From positions 1-39,014 of the forward strand of contig DASQFQ010000060.1 of assembly GCA_035633075.1 (NCBI GenBank): a stretch of 39,014 nt of DNA. The letters are read 5' to 3'. Below, piece by piece: positions 6,654 to 15,686 of the stretch (its first letter is position 1; each line of letters opens with the position of its first letter). The position numbers and the translations under genes were made by a program. Source of the stretch: Solirubrobacteraceae bacterium. GTDB lineage: Bacteria; Actinomycetota; Thermoleophilia; Solirubrobacterales; Solirubrobacteraceae. The notes below the pieces were generated by a model. It was not told where the DNA came from, made no database searches, and saw nothing but the letters and a program-made list of their open reading frames with translations.

Positions 6654-9446
6654 ATGGCTGAGCTTGAGTCAGCGGCCGTCGTGGCCGCGCCCCTTCCATC
6701 GTCCGACGACCTCGAGCGCGCTTCCGCGTTCACCCGTGAGCCCTTCCTGCTCGAGGGCGAGGATCCCGAGGTCTCGCTCGCCCCGGGCACCCCGCGGCGC
6801 CAGGCCATGGACGCCGTGCTGGAGGAGATCGCGGCGGGTGCGGACAAGCCGTCGGTGGCCTGGCGGCGGCGGTGGTCGCTGCTGCTCGGCCTCGATCGCC
6901 TGCTCAGCCAGGAGGAGCCCACCCTCGTCGACGGGACAGTCCTGTCCGCCCACCAGGTCGACGCGCTCTCGGGGACGCTGACGGCGCTGCTGGCCGAGTC
7001 CCAGCGCAACGGGAACGGCAACGGGCGTGCCGAGGGCGCCGTTCCCGACACGCCCGTGGTCCTCGCCTCGGCGGCCATCCCGGGCGAGGAGGACCTCCCC
7101 GAGGACCTCTTGGAGGAGGAGCCCGATGAGGAGCCGATGGACTGGGCGGACGAGAGCACGGCCGCCCGCGAGGAGGTGGCCGAGGACCCCAACGCCGCCA
7201 AGCGCTTCTGGTTCGAGCACGCCACCGGCGCCGGCAAGACCGTGGCGGCGCTCGGCTTCGTCGAAGCCTCCCGCACCGGCGGCGTTCTCATCCTTACCCA
7301 CCGCCGCAACCTCGTCGACCAGTTCCACGGCGAGCTGCGCGACCGTGGCTACGGCAAGCGCATAGCCCCCGCCCTGCTCGACGGCAAGGACCCCGCCACC
7401 GGGCCCGTGACGGTCGAGACCTACCAGTGGTTCGTGCGCAACGCCGGCAGGGTCTCCGACGCCTATACGATCGTGATCTGCGACGAGGCGCACACCGCCC
7501 TGGGCGAGAAGACCTCGGCGGCCATCCGCGCGTGGACCGGCCCGGTGTTCGTGGGCATGACCGCCACGGGCGCGCTGATCGCACGCCACGTCACCGACCT
7601 CTTCCCGACCCAGACCTCGCGCTTCGACCTCGCGCAGGCGGCGCGCCGCGGCGTGATCGCGCCGCTGCGCTGCGTGCGCATCCCACCGGGCCCTGGGGTT
7701 CGCACGATCGCCAAGGTGCCGCTGCGCCGCGGCGAGGTCGACACGGAGTTCGACCAGGAGATGCTGGCCGAGCTGCTCGACCAGCTGCCCTTCAACCTCG
7801 CCGTGGCCGACCTCTACAAGACGCGTTTCAACGGGGTGCCCGGAGTCGTGTATTCCGCGGGGGTGCGCCACGCCTACAACGTCGCCCAGGCCTTCCGGGA
7901 CGTCGGCATGAAGGCGCAGGCGGTGTCCGGGGAGACGCCCAAGCGCGAGCTGGCGCAGATCCTCGCCCGCTACGAGCGGGGGGACATCGACGTGCTAATC
8001 AACGCCCAGCTGCTCGCCGAGGGCTGGAACTCCCCGCGCGCGACCGTCTGCATGCACCTCGCGCCGACCGCCTCCAAGCGCATCTACCAGCAGCGGGTCG
8101 GACGGGTGACGCGGCGCCATCTGGGCAAGGAGGCGGGCATCGTCGTGGACTTCGTCCACCCGGCGACCAAGCACGACGATCCTGTCGTGACGCTGCACTC
8201 GTTGCTCGACCGCGACGTCTACCGCGGCGGCGCGATCGTGGTTGGCCCGGTGCGCCGCGGCCGCGGGCGCCGCCTGCGGGTCGAGCGGCGCGTCGTTCCG
8301 GTCACCGACGACGAGAACCGGCGGATCGAGGTCTTCGAGCGCGAGTTGTGGAGGATCGCGGTCGAGCACCTCGACTACGGCGAGCAGGTGCAATGGGCGG
8401 CGCTGGCGGGCGCGCGTGTGGCGCCCGCGGGCTGGCGACGCGCGCGGGCGATGCTGCACTTCGACGAGGGCGGCGAGCTGAAGCGGACGTTCCTGCTCAC
8501 CGCCATCGAACGCAACAAGAACCCGCAGCTGCGCCTGCGCGCGCTGCAGGAGATCGCCGGCTCGCGCGATGCCGAGGCCTTCGATCGCGCCATCGAGATG
8601 GTCGGCGGCTGGCCGCGCGAGGAGAAGCGCGAGGGCGTCAAGGTCGTACTGCAGGCGCTGGCGGAGAAGAAGATCGGCCGCCGCGACCAGGCCAACAACT
8701 GGATCTGGGCCTGCGCCGAGATGACGCGTGAGGTCCACGAGGAGTACGCGGTGCAGCGCTGGCCCGAGACCAAGCGCCTACTCGGGCTGCTGGTCAACTC
8801 CAGCGGCGGCGCGCACGCCCGTAACGCCCGCCGGCTCGTGCACACAGCCCGCCAGCAGGACCGCCGGCTCGCCGCTGCGCTGCTCGCCGCCGCCCTGCCG
8901 CACACCGCCGAGGCCGGCGAGGTGCTCAACGGCGCGCGCACACGCATGTCGCGCAAGCCGGCCGCACTGGCGCGCGAGCTGCTGCGCAACTTCCCCAAGG
9001 GCAAGGCTCGTCGCGGCCAGCGCCGGCGCAAGCGCAAGGGCGGGGCCGAGGGCCAGGTCGAGGCCGTCAACCCGACGGCGGCCGAGGCGGTCGCGGACGG
9101 CGGCGAGGATCCCGGGGAGCAGGAGATGACCAGGCCCAAGGCCAAGGGGCGCACGCGCCGACGCTCCCCCCGCACGACGATCGACGCCGACCCCGATACG
9201 GCGGCGCCCGGCGAGGCCGAGCGCGAGTCAGAGGCGGCGCCTGAGGCCGAGCGCGAGTCAGAGGCGGCACCTGAATCCGAGCCTGCCAGGCCCAAGCCGG
9301 CGCGCCGCCGCGCGCCCAGGAAGGCCGCCGTCGCCAAGGCGGAGCCCAACGGCGCAGGCACGGCGCTCGAGCGCGCCTCCGAGCGCGTGCGCGATGCCGT
9401 CCGCGAAGCCCAGCCGCCCGCGCCGGCCGGCGACGAGGCGGCCTAG
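6654..9446 (+). CDS. SF2 DEAD/DEAH-box helicase (COG1061/Res-subunit type) with a long C-terminal extension
   Basis: Walker A HATGAGKT, DEAH box VICDEAH, TAT-like motif GMTAT, and C-terminal-lobe motifs LAEGWNSP and QQRVGRVTR. It is followed by ~250 aa of helical, HEAT-like sequence and a highly charged low-complexity tail. Confidence 0.85.
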   Translation: MAELESAAVVAAPLPSSDDLERASAFTREPFLLEGEDPEVSLAPGTPRRQAMDAVLEEIAAGADKPSVAWRRRWSLLLGLDRLLSQEEPTLVDGTVLSAHQVDALSGTLTALLAESQRNGNGNGRAEGAVPDTPVVLASAAIPGEEDLPEDLLEEEPDEEPMDWADESTAAREEVAEDPNAAKRFWFEHATGAGKTVAALGFVEASRTGGVLILTHRRNLVDQFHGELRDRGYGKRIAPALLDGKDPATGPVTVETYQWFVRNAGRVSDAYTIVICDEAHTALGEKTSAAIRAWTGPVFVGMTATGALIARHVTDLFPTQTSRFDLAQAARRGVIAPLRCVRIPPGPGVRTIAKVPLRRGEVDTEFDQEMLAELLDQLPFNLAVADLYKTRFNGVPGVVYSAGVRHAYNVAQAFRDVGMKAQAVSGETPKRELAQILARYERGDIDVLINAQLLAEGWNSPRATVCMHLAPTASKRIYQQRVGRVTRRHLGKEAGIVVDFVHPATKHDDPVVTLHSLLDRDVYRGGAIVVGPVRRGRGRRLRVERRVVPVTDDENRRIEVFERELWRIAVEHLDYGEQVQWAALAGARVAPAGWRRARAMLHFDEGGELKRTFLLTAIERNKNPQLRLRALQEIAGSRDAEAFDRAIEMVGGWPREEKREGVKVVLQALAEKKIGRRDQANNWIWACAEMTREVHEEYAVQRWPETKRLLGLLVNSSGGAHARNARRLVHTARQQDRRLAAALLAAALPHTAEAGEVLNGARTRMSRKPAALARELLRNFPKGKARRGQRRRKRKGGAEGQVEAVNPTAAEAVADGGEDPGEQEMTRPKAKGRTRRRSPRTTIDADPDTAAPGEAERESEAAPEAERESEAAPESEPARPKPARRRAPRKAAVAKAEPNGAGTALERASERVRDAVREAQPPAPAGDEAA
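9213..9272 (+). repeat. 30-bp tandem duplication (2 copies, 1 mismatch) inside the helicase tail, encoding EAERESEAAP x2
   Basis: gaggccgagcgcgagtcagaggcggcGcct occurs at 9213-9242 and gaggccgagcgcgagtcagaggcggcAcct at 9243-9272. A degenerate partial third unit (gaatccgag) follows. Confidence 0.9.
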
Positions 9447-9473
9447 GTGTAGGCAGCGCGCCCAGCCACAGCG

Positions 9474-10151
9474 TCAGCCGAGGTGGACTTCGCCGGTGCG
9501 CAGGACGGTCACGCCGCCGCCGGGGAGTTGCACGCGAAGGCCGCCCTCGTCGTCGAGCCCGGCGCCGGTGCCCGCCCCGCCTCCCCAGGCCACAGGGCGC
9601 CCGAGCAGGGCGTCTCGGGCGCGCAGGGCGGCCAGGACACTCGCGGGGCGCTCGGCCAGCCGGAGCTGGAGCGCGGCCAGCAGTTCGTCCAGTGCCGGCT
9701 CGAGCTCCGTCGCCCGGCGGCCGAGCGTTCCCGCCGTGTTGCGCAGCTCGGGTCCGAGCGCCGCGGGATCGACGGCGACGTTCACGCCGATGCCGACGAT
9801 CGACCAGCCCTCCTGCGGGCGGCCCTCGACGAGCACGCCGGCGACCTTGCGGCTGTCGAGCAGCACGTCGTTGGGCCACTTGACCAGCGCGCGCTCGCCG
9901 GCGAGGTCAGCGACGGCAAGGCCCGCCCGCAGCGGCAGCAGCGCGTCGGCCTCGCGCACCACGAGCGAGAGCAGGAGCGCGGTCCCCGCGGGTGCGATCC
10001 AGCGGCGGCCCTGCCGGCCCTTCCCGGCGCTCTGGGCCGCCGCGGTCACGAGCGTCCCGTGTGGCGCACCCGCCGCCGCGAGCGCCCGTGCCCGCTCGTT
10101 GGTCGAGCCGGTCTCGCGCAGGTGCAGGCGCGGCCGGCCCAGGCGCGTCAT
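9474..10151 (-). CDS. birA: biotin--[acetyl-CoA-carboxylase] ligase, group I (no HTH domain)
   Basis: This is the last 225 aa of track ORF 9474..11216, from ATG 10149-10151. It carries GSTN, the QSAGKGRQGRRW biotin-binding loop, and KWPNDV...KVAGVLVE. The start overlaps the upstream stop (ATGA). Confidence 0.85.
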   Translation of the reverse strand: MTRLGRPRLHLRETGSTNERARALAAAGAPHGTLVTAAAQSAGKGRQGRRWIAPAGTALLLSLVVREADALLPLRAGLAVADLAGERALVKWPNDVLLDSRKVAGVLVEGRPQEGWSIVGIGVNVAVDPAALGPELRNTAGTLGRRATELEPALDELLAALQLRLAERPASVLAALRARDALLGRPVAWGGGAGTGAGLDDEGGLRVQLPGGGVTVLRTGEVHLG

Positions 10152-10954
10152 GCCGGCGCGATCCGGACCTCGTCGCCGAATCGCAGGCCTCCGAGCTCCG
10201 CGGCGGCCTCGCCGCCGTTGATGGCCACGGCGAGCATCCCCGAGGCGTCCTCGTAGAGCAGCAGCTCGCCCGCGCTCACCTCGGCGAAGGTCCGCACGTA
10301 GCGGGCCGGCGCGACCGCGCCGCGAACGCCCAGCGTCACGGCGCCGCCGAGTTTGACTGCGAGGTCTGCGCGCGTCGCGTCGAGGCCGACGTTGCCGAAC
10401 CGGTCGCAGGCGAGGACGTGGGCGATCAGCGTGCCGTCGTCCTCGCGCCGGGGCCGCGAGAGCTCGAGCTGCAGGAGCTCGCCGCGGTCCAGCGGCGCGC
10501 CGGCCTCGGCGAGCTCCCCGCCCGCCGCCAGCTTCGCCGTGACCGGGGCGAAGATGTCGCGGCCGTGGAATGTGGCCGAGACCGGCTCCAGGCGCCACGG
10601 CGACGTCGAAATCTCCACCGCCTCCGACACGCCCCCGAAGCGCTCGGCGGCCGGGAGCAGCAGGCCGTTGTCGGGCCCCACGAGCAGCCGGTCCTCCTCC
10701 GCGGTGCGCAGTGCCACCGCGCGCCGGCGCGCGCCGACGTCGGGGTCGACCACGGCGAGGTGCACGCCGGGTGGCGTGTAGGGCAGCGCGCGGGCCAGCA
10801 TCAGCGCCCCCGGTACGACCGCCTGGCGGGGCACGCCGTGGGAGAGGTCGATGACGCGCGCCTGCGGGCACTCGCGCGCGATCACGGCGTGCACGACGCC
10901 CACGAACTCGTCCGCGTTGCCGTAGTCGGAGAGGAACGTGACGGTAAGGGCCAT
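10148..10954 (-). CDS. SAM hydroxide adenosyltransferase / SAM-dependent chlorinase-fluorinase family (DUF62)
   Basis: 268 aa from ATG 10952-10954: TFLSDYG..D.FVGVVH, VVDPDVG, VGPDNGLL, FHGRDIFAP, typical of the DUF62 family. The upstream part of the track ORF is a run-on. Confidence 0.82.
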   Translation of the reverse strand: MALTVTFLSDYGNADEFVGVVHAVIARECPQARVIDLSHGVPRQAVVPGALMLARALPYTPPGVHLAVVDPDVGARRRAVALRTAEEDRLLVGPDNGLLLPAAERFGGVSEAVEISTSPWRLEPVSATFHGRDIFAPVTAKLAAGGELAEAGAPLDRGELLQLELSRPRREDDGTLIAHVLACDRFGNVGLDATRADLAVKLGGAVTLGVRGAVAPARYVRTFAEVSAGELLLYEDASGMLAVAINGGEAAAELGGLRFGDEVRIAPA

Positions 10955-10965
10955 CGGCGGCGACG

Positions 10966-11061
10966 CTACCGCAGGCGCTTGCCGGCGAAGAAGCGCCACA
11001 CGCGCTCGGCCGTTCCCGGGTACCAGCCAGGTCCCTCGTCCTCGAGGCGCAGGTGCTCCAC
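10966..11061 (-). CDS. candidate 31-aa micro-ORF (MEHLRLEDEGPGWYPGTAERVWRFFAGKRLR)
   Basis: It is below the track threshold. GTG lies 3 nt after the cobA/hemD stop, and TAG lies 11 nt before the DUF62 ATG, so the ORF exactly fills the only gap in this operon stretch. 28 of 31 codons end in G/C (hand count). No family recognised. Confidence 0.3.
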   Translation of the reverse strand: MEHLRLEDEGPGWYPGTAERVWRFFAGKRLR

Positions 11062-11064
11062 GGG

Positions 11065-12546
11065 TCAGCGGCACTCGGCGGCCGCGCGCACCAGCGCACC
11101 CACGAGCCCGTCGGGGGTGTGCGGGTCGGCCTCGAGGTCCGGCTCGAGCCCGTGCCTGCGCAGCTCGGCCGAGGTCGCCGGGCCGATGGAAGCGATGCGC
11201 GGGCGCTCCAGGGCATCCGCTCCGGCGGCGCTCAGGAAGAGGCGCACGGTCGACGCCGAGGTGAAGGTGACGAAGTCGGCGCTCGCCGCAGCCGCCCTGG
11301 CCGCGTCGGCGAGCGGCGTGGCGACCGTCTCGTAGAGCACCAGCAGGTCCACCTCGGCGCCGCGGTCGCGCAGCGCGTCCGGCAGCACGTCGCGGCCCTC
11401 GGCGCCGCGGACCACCAGCGCCCGCTCCACCGCCACCCCCGCGAGGGCCTCGACGAGGCCCTCGGCCACCGCCCGCTCCGGGACGATGTCGGCGAGCACG
11501 CCGTGCTCGGCCAGCGCCCGCGCCGTGCCCGGGCCGATCGCGGCGACACGGCACCCGGCGAGGCTGCGCGCATCCCGGCCCGCTTGCGCCAGGGCCGCGA
11601 ACAGCTCGTGAGCGCCGGTGGGGCTGGTGACGCAGACGAGGTCGTAGCGGCCCAGGTCGGGCAACTCCGCCGGGAGCGCCACGGTCTGGATGGCGGGCGC
11701 CTCGACCACCGCCGCGCCGAGCTCGCGCAGCGTCGTGGCGAGCGCGCTCGCCTGCGCACGCGCGCGCGTGACCGCCACGGTGCGCCCGTGCAGCGGGCGC
11801 TCCTCGACCCACGCGAGCTGTTCGCGCAGCGACGCCACCGGGCCGACCAGGGTGATGGCCGGGGCGCGGATCTCTGCGCTGCGCGCCCGCGCGGCGAGGT
11901 CGCCCAGCGTCGCCAGCAGTGTGCGCTGATCCGGATGGGTGCCGCGCTCGACCACGGCCACGGGCTCCTTCGCAGCCCGGCCCTCGGCCACCAGGCGCTC
12001 GGCGATCCGGGGAAGCGCGCTGACGCCCATGTAGAACACGAGCGTTCCCGGGAAGCGGGCGAGGGCCTCCCAGTCCAACTCGGCCCGCTCGTGCCCGGTG
12101 ACAAAGGCGACGCCGCTGGCCAGGTCGCGGTGGGTGACCGGGATGCCGGCGTAGGCCGGCGCCGCGATCCCGGCGGTGATCCCGGGTACGACCTCGAAGC
12201 GGATGCCGGCGTCGCGCAGGAGCAGCGCCTCCTCGCCGCCGCGGCCGAACACGAACGGGTCGCCGCCCTTGAGGCGCACCACGCGCCGCCCGGCGCGGGC
12301 GTGCTCCACGAGCAGGCGGTCGATCTCCGGCTGGGACGTCTGCGGCCCGCCGCCCTGCTTGCCCACGTAGACGAGCTCGGCCTCCTCGCGGGCATGCTCG
12401 AGGGCCTCGGGCCCGACCAGGTGGTCGTAGAGCACGACGTCGGCCGCGGCGATCAGCCGCGCCCCGCGCAGCGTCAGCAGGCCGGGGTCTCCCGGCCCCG
12501 CACCGACAAGGTGGACGATCCCGCTCACTGCTCGCTGCGTTCGCAC
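11065..12546 (-). CDS. cobA/hemD: bifunctional uroporphyrinogen-III C-methyltransferase / uroporphyrinogen-III synthase
   Basis: N-terminal SUMT domain: [44 protein letters not shown]-terminal HemD-like domain: RTVAVTRA..., FTSASTV. Start candidates are GTG 12546 (7 nt after the hemC stop, inside the conserved cassette) and GTG 12528. The track ORF to 13317 is a run-on over hemC. Confidence 0.9.
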   Translation of the reverse strand: MRTQRAVSGIVHLVGAGPGDPGLLTLRGARLIAAADVVLYDHLVGPEALEHAREEAELVYVGKQGGGPQTSQPEIDRLLVEHARAGRRVVRLKGGDPFVFGRGGEEALLLRDAGIRFEVVPGITAGIAAPAYAGIPVTHRDLASGVAFVTGHERAELDWEALARFPGTLVFYMGVSALPRIAERLVAEGRAAKEPVAVVERGTHPDQRTLLATLGDLAARARSAEIRAPAITLVGPVASLREQLAWVEERPLHGRTVAVTRARAQASALATTLRELGAAVVEAPAIQTVALPAELPDLGRYDLVCVTSPTGAHELFAALAQAGRDARSLAGCRVAAIGPGTARALAEHGVLADIVPERAVAEGLVEALAGVAVERALVVRGAEGRDVLPDALRDRGAEVDLLVLYETVATPLADAARAAAASADFVTFTSASTVRLFLSAAGADALERPRIASIGPATSAELRRHGLEPDLEADPHTPDGLVGALVRAAAECR

Positions 12547-12566
12547 ATTCGCGTCACAGAGACCGC
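12528..12566 (-). repeat. 39-nt start-region cassette, copy B (hemC / cobA-hemD junction)
   Basis: Minus strand: GCGGTCTCTGTGACGCGAATGTGCGAACGCAGCGAGCAG. It includes the hemC TGA stop and an in-frame GTG of cobA/hemD. Confidence 0.85.
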
Positions 12567-13429
12567 CCGCTTCGCGGCCTTTCCACTTCGGGTGCGAGCA
12601 TCTCCGCCGCGCCCGCCGCCAGCATGCGCCTGGCCAGTGCCTCGCCGTCGTGGCCGTCGACCTCGTCGAGGATCCAGGCCGAGCCGTCCGGCAGGCCCGC
12701 GAAGCCACGAACGCTCCGCCCGTCTGCATGGACGCCGACCGGGGTGTGGCAAGACGCCCCCAGGGCTCGCACGGCCGCCCGCTCCGCGCCCAGGCATGCG
12801 GCCGTGGCGGGGTCGTCGAGCGCCGCCGCCGCGGAGCGAGCCCGCGCGTCCTCGTCGCGGGCCTGCACTGCGAGTACTCCCTGCCCCGGCGCGGGCACGA
12901 ACAGCTCGCCGTCGAGGTCGGCGCCCTCGGGGTCCAGCCCCAACCGCTCCAGGCCCGCGCGCGCGAGCACGAGCGCGTCGGCCTCGCCCGCGGCGAGCTT
13001 GCGCAGTCGCGTGTCGACGTTGCCGCGCAGGTCGACGACCTCGAGATCCGGCCGCGCGGCGAGCAGCTGCGCGCGGCGGCGCACGGCGCTCGTCCCCACG
13101 CGCGCCCCTTCGGGCAGGGCATCGAGCGACCATGCTCCGACCAGCACGTCGCCCGCGGCGGCGCGCGGCGGCGCCGCCACAAGCGCGAGGCCGGAGCCCA
13201 GCTCGGCAGGGACGTCCTTGGCCGAGTGCACCGCGAGGTCGATCTCGCCGCGCTGCAGCGCGGCCTCGAGCTCCCCGGTCCAACGCGACTTGTCCCCAGC
13301 CGCGCGATCGAGGTCACCCGCCGTGGTGATCTCCACCAGCTCGCTGGGCTCCGCCAGCCGCGCCGCCACCCAGCGCGCCTGGGCGAGCGCCAGCGCGCTG
13401 CCGCGGGTGCCGACCCGCAGCACGCTCAA
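12554..13429 (-). CDS. hemC: hydroxymethylbilane synthase (porphobilinogen deaminase)
   Basis: LRVGTRGSALALAQA, GDKS.W..EL, LRGNVDTRL, LARAGLERLG and a CHTPVG-like cofactor Cys region. The TTG start overlaps the hemA stop (TTGA). Confidence 0.92.
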   Translation of the reverse strand: MSVLRVGTRGSALALAQARWVAARLAEPSELVEITTAGDLDRAAGDKSRWTGELEAALQRGEIDLAVHSAKDVPAELGSGLALVAAPPRAAAGDVLVGAWSLDALPEGARVGTSAVRRRAQLLAARPDLEVVDLRGNVDTRLRKLAAGEADALVLARAGLERLGLDPEGADLDGELFVPAPGQGVLAVQARDEDARARSAAAALDDPATAACLGAERAAVRALGASCHTPVGVHADGRSVRGFAGLPDGSAWILDEVDGHDGEALARRMLAAGAAEMLAPEVERPRSGRSL

Positions 13430-14757
13430 CTCGCGCCGCGGCGCCGCAGCGGGCGCACCTCCGCGGACTGCTCCTGGACCGGGGCGGCGGAGGACTGCTC
13501 GAGGCCGAACAGCTCGCGCAGGAGCTGCAGGCGAGCGTGGCGGTGCTCGGGGTCGGCCTGCTTGACGCGCAGGGTCGGCTCGTGCAGCAGCCGGTTGACG
13601 GCCGTGCGCGCCAGCGTCTCCACGCGCTCCCGATCGCGCGGCGTCAGCGACTCCCAGCGCCCCTCGTTCTCGGCCAGCAAGCCCTGCACGATGGACTCGC
13701 CGTGAGACCGCAGCGCCGCCACGGTGGGCACCACCTCGAGCGAGCCCAACCAGCCCGCGAAGCCCTGGATCTCCTCCTCGACGATGCCCTCGGCCAGCCG
13801 TGCCTCGGCCCGCAGGCCGTGGCGGCGGCGCGCGACCTGCTCCTGCAGATTGTCGACGTCATAGAGCGTGACGCCGTGGAGCTCGGCGCAGGCCGGATCG
13901 ATGTCGCGCGGCACCGCGAGGTCGACGAGGAGCAGCGGCCGGCCGGCGCGCGCCGGCATCACCAGGGCGAGCTCCTCGGCGCCGAGGATCGTGTGCGGGG
14001 ACGCGGTCGACGCCACGACGATGTCGGCCCGCGCGAGCTCGTCGGGCAGCGCGTCGAAGGCGATCGTCTCGCCGCCGAAGCGCCGCGCGAGCGCGATCGC
14101 CCGCTCGCGGCGCCGGTTGGCGACGAACATCGTCGAGACGCCTTGGTCGTGCAGCGCCCGCGCCGTCAGCTCGGCGGTCTCACCCGCGCCGATGATCAGC
14201 ACGTGGCGGCTGGCCAGCTCGCCGAGCGCGTTGCGCGCGGCGCCCACGGCGACCGACGCGACGCTCGGGCGGCCGGTGGAGATCGCCGTCTCCGTGCGCA
14301 CCCGCTTGCCGGTGGCCAGCGCGGCGCGGAACAGCTTGTTGGTCAGCGGCCCGGTGGCCTTGGCGCCGAGCGCCAGCTCGTAGGCACGCTTGACTTGGCC
14401 CTGCACCTCGGCCTCGCCCACGATCATCGACTCCAGGCCGGCGGCCACGCGGTACAGGTGGCGCGCGGCGTCGCAGTTGCGCAACGAGTAGATGCCGTCG
14501 ATCAGCTCGGTGGGCCGCACGCCCGCCCGCCGCGCGAGCATCGCCAGCACGGTGCTCTCGGCCTCCACCGGGTCGCCGACGACGAGGTAGAGCTCGGTGC
14601 GGTTGCAGGTGGAGACCACGACGGCCTCATGGATCGGCGCCTCGCCGGTCAGCTCCTCCAGGAACCGCTCGGCGCCGGCGTCCGTGAGCGCGATCCGCTC
14701 GCGGACCGCGACGGGAGCCGTCTTGTGCGAGGCGCCAAGAGTCAGCAGCTCGCTCAC
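13426..14757 (-). CDS. hemA: glutamyl-tRNA reductase
   Basis: LGASHKTAPVAVRE, STCNRTELY (catalytic Cys), the GAGETAEL Rossmann motif and a C-terminal dimerisation helix. The GTG start overlaps the upstream stop (GTGA). Confidence 0.92.
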   Translation of the reverse strand: MSELLTLGASHKTAPVAVRERIALTDAGAERFLEELTGEAPIHEAVVVSTCNRTELYLVVGDPVEAESTVLAMLARRAGVRPTELIDGIYSLRNCDAARHLYRVAAGLESMIVGEAEVQGQVKRAYELALGAKATGPLTNKLFRAALATGKRVRTETAISTGRPSVASVAVGAARNALGELASRHVLIIGAGETAELTARALHDQGVSTMFVANRRRERAIALARRFGGETIAFDALPDELARADIVVASTASPHTILGAEELALVMPARAGRPLLLVDLAVPRDIDPACAELHGVTLYDVDNLQEQVARRRHGLRAEARLAEGIVEEEIQGFAGWLGSLEVVPTVAALRSHGESIVQGLLAENEGRWESLTPRDRERVETLARTAVNRLLHEPTLRVKQADPEHRHARLQLLRELFGLEQSSAAPVQEQSAEVRPLRRRGAS

Positions 14758-14954
14758 CGCGGCACCGCCTCGGGCTGCTCCTGTGGCGCCGGCTCGTCAC
14801 GGCGCGCGGCGAGCTCGGACAGCTCCCCCAGCTCGCGCTCGATGCGGCTCAGCTTGGCGGCCATGATCGCCACGTAGGCGAGGACCATGGCCAGGAAGAC
14901 CAGGTAGGCGCCGGCCACGTAGGGCCCGGCGTCGTCGAGCGGGAGGGCGGGCAT
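14754..14954 (-). CDS. ccmD: CcmD-like small single-pass membrane protein (66 aa)
   Basis: This is the last 66 aa of track ORF 14754..15365, from ATG 14952-14954. It has one hydrophobic helix (YVAGAYLVFLAMVLAYVAIMA) followed by a charged tail, in the position immediately after ccmC. ATGA overlaps ccmC and GTGA overlaps hemA. The assignment rests mainly on size, topology and position. Confidence 0.5.
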   Translation of the reverse strand: MPALPLDDAGPYVAGAYLVFLAMVLAYVAIMAAKLSRIERELGELSELAARRDEPAPQEQPEAVPR

Positions 14955-15682
14955 CAGAGCTGCGTGGGGGCGGCGGTGCGCGCGAGCGCGCCGGCTGCGG
15001 CGTCGCCGCCGAGCCTGCGCTTGAGCGCGCGGAGCTGCATCGAGGCGTGCTTGGAGGTGAGCTCGTACTTCCACAGCGTCACCCCGAGGGTCGCCATCGC
15101 GACCAGGCTCACGAGGAAGGTCAGGCGCATCTCGCCGGGCATGGAGGCCCCTGTGGTGCCGAGCACCCGGGGGTGGATCAGCGACTCCGAGAGCCGCACG
15201 GCGAGGAAGTTCAGCGGCACGAAGGCTCCTCCGATGACCGCGAAGACCGCGGCGTAGCGCGCCTGGCGCTCGGTGTCCTCGATCGAGAAGCGCAGCGGCT
15301 GATAGCACGCGAACAGCAGGAAGACGATGAGGAAGGAGACGAGCGTCGGCTCGTCCCACACCCACCAGGCGCCCCAGGACGCCTTCGCCCAGATCGAGCC
15401 GGTCGCGAGCACCCCGAGGCCGAGGATGAGAGACATGTGGATGGCCACGTAGGAGCGCAGGTCGTGGCGGGAGTCGCCCGAGCGCAGGTAGCGCACCCCG
15501 TAGATCCCACCGACCACGAAGCCGCAGAGGGCGACGATCGCCAGCGGCACGTGCAGGTAGAAGATCTTCTGAACGAAGCCTTGGTCGGCGTCATTCGGCG
15601 CGTAGTAAAAGACGAGCGCGAACGCGCCCGTGACCAGCAGAAGCGAAGCGATCGAGAGGGTTCTGAGCCCCCGGCCGAACAT
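14954..15682 (-). CDS. ccmC: heme exporter protein CcmC
   Basis: Tryptophan-rich WGAWWVWDEPT (WGxxWxWD) motif, conserved His in YLHVPLA and LIHPRV, and a multi-TM profile. The start is set at ATG 15680-15682, 4 nt after the ccmB stop. The longer track start would overlap ccmB. Confidence 0.85.
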   Translation of the reverse strand: MFGRGLRTLSIASLLLVTGAFALVFYYAPNDADQGFVQKIFYLHVPLAIVALCGFVVGGIYGVRYLRSGDSRHDLRSYVAIHMSLILGLGVLATGSIWAKASWGAWWVWDEPTLVSFLIVFLLFACYQPLRFSIEDTERQARYAAVFAVIGGAFVPLNFLAVRLSESLIHPRVLGTTGASMPGEMRLTFLVSLVAMATLGVTLWKYELTSKHASMQLRALKRRLGGDAAAGALARTAAPTQL

Positions 15683-15686
15683 GCGC

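Noticed and set aside
9181-9300. CRISPR-like or minisatellite array
   Set aside because: There are only two (plus one decayed) directly adjacent 30-bp units with no spacers. They are in-frame inside a coding region.
10974-10997. Possible intrinsic terminator hairpin after cobA/hemD
   Set aside because: It is a 7-bp stem with a 10-nt loop and no downstream U-tract on the minus strand. It lies inside the candidate micro-ORF, and the downstream genes continue in the same orientation.
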